A DNA stretch of 64,000 bases from the human T2T-CHM13v2.0 reference genome, Homo sapiens: the NCBI RefSeq assembly GCF_009914755.1, contig NC_060926.1; one strand, written 5' to 3'. Below the pieces are notes generated by a model, which saw only the letters and a program-made list of their open reading frames with translations, searched no databases and had not been told where the DNA came from. Both the position numbers and the translations under genes were made by a program. Numbering within the stretch: the stretch's first letter is position 1; every line of letters starts with the position of its first letter. Shown piece after piece: positions 61,649-64,000 of this stretch.

Positions 61649-62929
61649 CTGCAATGAAATAAAAACAACATCAGCGATCAAATGGCACACTGTGAGGTTA
61701 CTATCTGTAACTATTTTCCTAAAGATCAATTTTTTTAAACTCTTCTACTCAGCGTATTCAGAACATTACCATTTGACATCTTTTTTTTAAAGAGTTTCTT
61801 AAATCCTAAAATAATTATCTGGAGGAGAAAAAAAAAACTGCATTTTCCAGACAATGTATGTCTGAGGACACAGGGGACAAGGGACATGAGCATCTACATA
61901 CAACCTTGCATGAAAGCCATTTCCATCCTCAGTTCCTGGTATTTTCTAGCTTGAGTGCCTTTAAAATATCTCAAGCTCTTCTTCCACCTCAGCCCAAACC
62001 AAACCACTCTGGTCTAAGCTACTTCAGGGCTTTCATGAGAAGCTGAGATAATTGATGTTTGAACACTCTTTGGGCTTATTTCTTCAGAGCTTGCTCCACA
62101 ATGAGAAAAACAAGAATCAACCCTAGTATTCTCATGTTGAAAGCACAACTTTCAAGGATGCCAAGCAAAATGATGCAAATGTGTAATTACAAAAGCTCTT
62201 GACATTCATATAAATTTTCTATTTCTAAGGTTTCATGATCATTAGCTAATGCACTCAGACTCCTAAGAGACAGAGTCATGTCATTATCCATATTTTATAA
62301 CAGCAAAATGTAGACATGTAATGATTTGCGGCAGAGCACAAAAGAACTCCTAATCGGCTTTATACTCCATAGGGGCAAAAAGGTTTTCAGGTTAAGGCAT
62401 CTCAATTCTGCAAATAATACCAAAACTGCCATTCTCATCACATAAATCCTCTACCACTGCAAGATAGCCAACAACAGAAACAGCCTGCACTCAGGATTGT
62501 GCAAAGGTGGTCAGAGGTGACAATCTTTCTCCCTAAAGTTTTTCTTCAGGTAATACTTCTCAAATGATTCATCAAATAGCATCATAAAAGGGAAAGCAGG
62601 GGAGTATTTGGCAACAAGAGAGATCAGTATTAGCCTTCCTAATTTATGTGATAGAAAGGCATGACATTTCTAGTGCGAATCAGGGCTTTCCCACCCCAAG
62701 GAAGGGCCCAAATGGGTGTTTACAGGGGTGAAGCTCTGCCCTTTCTTCCGCCCTGTGGCCTCATCATCAGGTTTGGCCCCCGACTTGGCAACCCCAGCAG
62801 ATCACCCTACTCCTCCAAACCCAGGTCTCCAACTTAAAGACTACCATTCCAGGGAAGCCCAATTTGTGTTCACTGGGAAAGAAAATCCACACACACATAC
62901 TGACCACCCACTGCACAGTAGACACTTGA

Positions 62930-63090
62930 CTCCTTATGAGCCTGTACATTTTTATTACTAGCCTCATTTTACATGGGAGAAAACCGGGACTCAGAAAACT
63001 TGCCCAAGGTCACATAGAGCTAATAAGTACCTGAGCCAGTATCAGCATCACGCCTGCCAGACTCCGAGATGTGTGCTTTTGTTCTACTTC
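62930..63090 (-). mobile_element. MIR SINE fragment
   Basis: cattttacatgggagaaaacc...aacttgcccaaggtcacatagag. Confidence 0.65.
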
Positions 63091-64000
63091 CCACAAGCCA
63101 GAGCACATGCTTCCCTTCCTCACTTGTTTTGGCCTTGCTAGGAAAAAACTTTCTTCCATCCTATATGGTTCAACAGAAGACAAACAACCCAGACCAGGGT
63201 CTGCATGAGCCTCATTTGCTAGAGCTGTTTGGGAAGAGAGTGCTATGGACAGGTTGCTTCAAAGGGCCTTCCTCTCCCTAATCTCACTGCTCATCCATCA
63301 GCTGCTACCCCATTGGCTGCTACTCCAGGTCCCACTAGTTTGGCTTCACTGGCCCTGCAGATCACAGCCCACTGGGTTCAATCCAGAATGGTCCAGATGG
63401 CAGAGCCAAACAATACAAAAAGTCTGCTGATAGCAAAGTATATTTTCCAGTCTCCGGAACAAGACACTATCACTGAAGGGAGCCACAGAGAAAGTGCTAT
63501 GCAGCTGGTTAGCACTGGGCCTGGTACCCAGCAGAGAAATCAACTAACATCTTTAGCTGCTGGTGGGAAACCATCCTCAGCTCTACCTGCAATAAATCTC
63601 CCCCCAGCTCAGCTTCTCCATCCTTAATCTACATTCCAGAACATTCACAAATCAAGGAGTTTCAAAAACAGGAAAGAATAAATTAATTCCCAGAAAGGAC
63701 AAAACAAGCGTATGTAATACAGAGATACCTCTCATAGTTAAGTCCTTGACAGTAAAAGTCTCCTAACCTCCAAGGAACAAAAAATAAGAATTCTAAAAAC
63801 ATGGAGGGGTAGGTGGTGAGAAAAATCTTTTATTAAAGCTTTACAGCTAGAGAATTGTTACTGCTTTACAACTACAGCTAACTAAGGAACGACTGGCTAC
63901 TTCTCATCTCTAGACAGAATTATGAAGCTTTGTGACCTGAGATCATTGTCACAACATGGATGGATTTAACCATTCATTAAACAGTTTGGGAGATTCTACT

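Overview
Primate genomic DNA, almost certainly human, covering the internal part of STK39 (SPAK, Ste20/GCK-VI kinase) on the minus strand. Nine coding exons (2-10 by conventional numbering, 61648 down to 9100) were rebuilt by hand. All have GT-AG boundaries, are phase-consistent, total 881 nt and encode most of the kinase domain. Exon 1 lies beyond the right edge and exon 11 onward beyond the left. The rest is intronic, with about 18 Alu/FLAM/FRAM copies plus L1, L2, MIR, MaLR LTRs, DNA-transposon fossils and microsatellites. Almost every other ORF in the track is spurious. I see no new multi-gene system. The best leads are local. (1) A young 97-bp tandem duplication across the exon-4 donor creates a second donor and a potential in-frame alternative exon. 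(2) An L1PA insertion carries an 86-bp 3' transduction inside its TSDs. (3) A MADE1 hairpin has symmetric changes in both arms. (4) Several latent splice configurations occur: an internal donor in exon 6, a recursive-type donor at the start of exon 7, a candidate poison microexon in intron 5, and a stop-free exon 2-5 circle. Repeat subfamily calls and boundaries are by eye and approximate.
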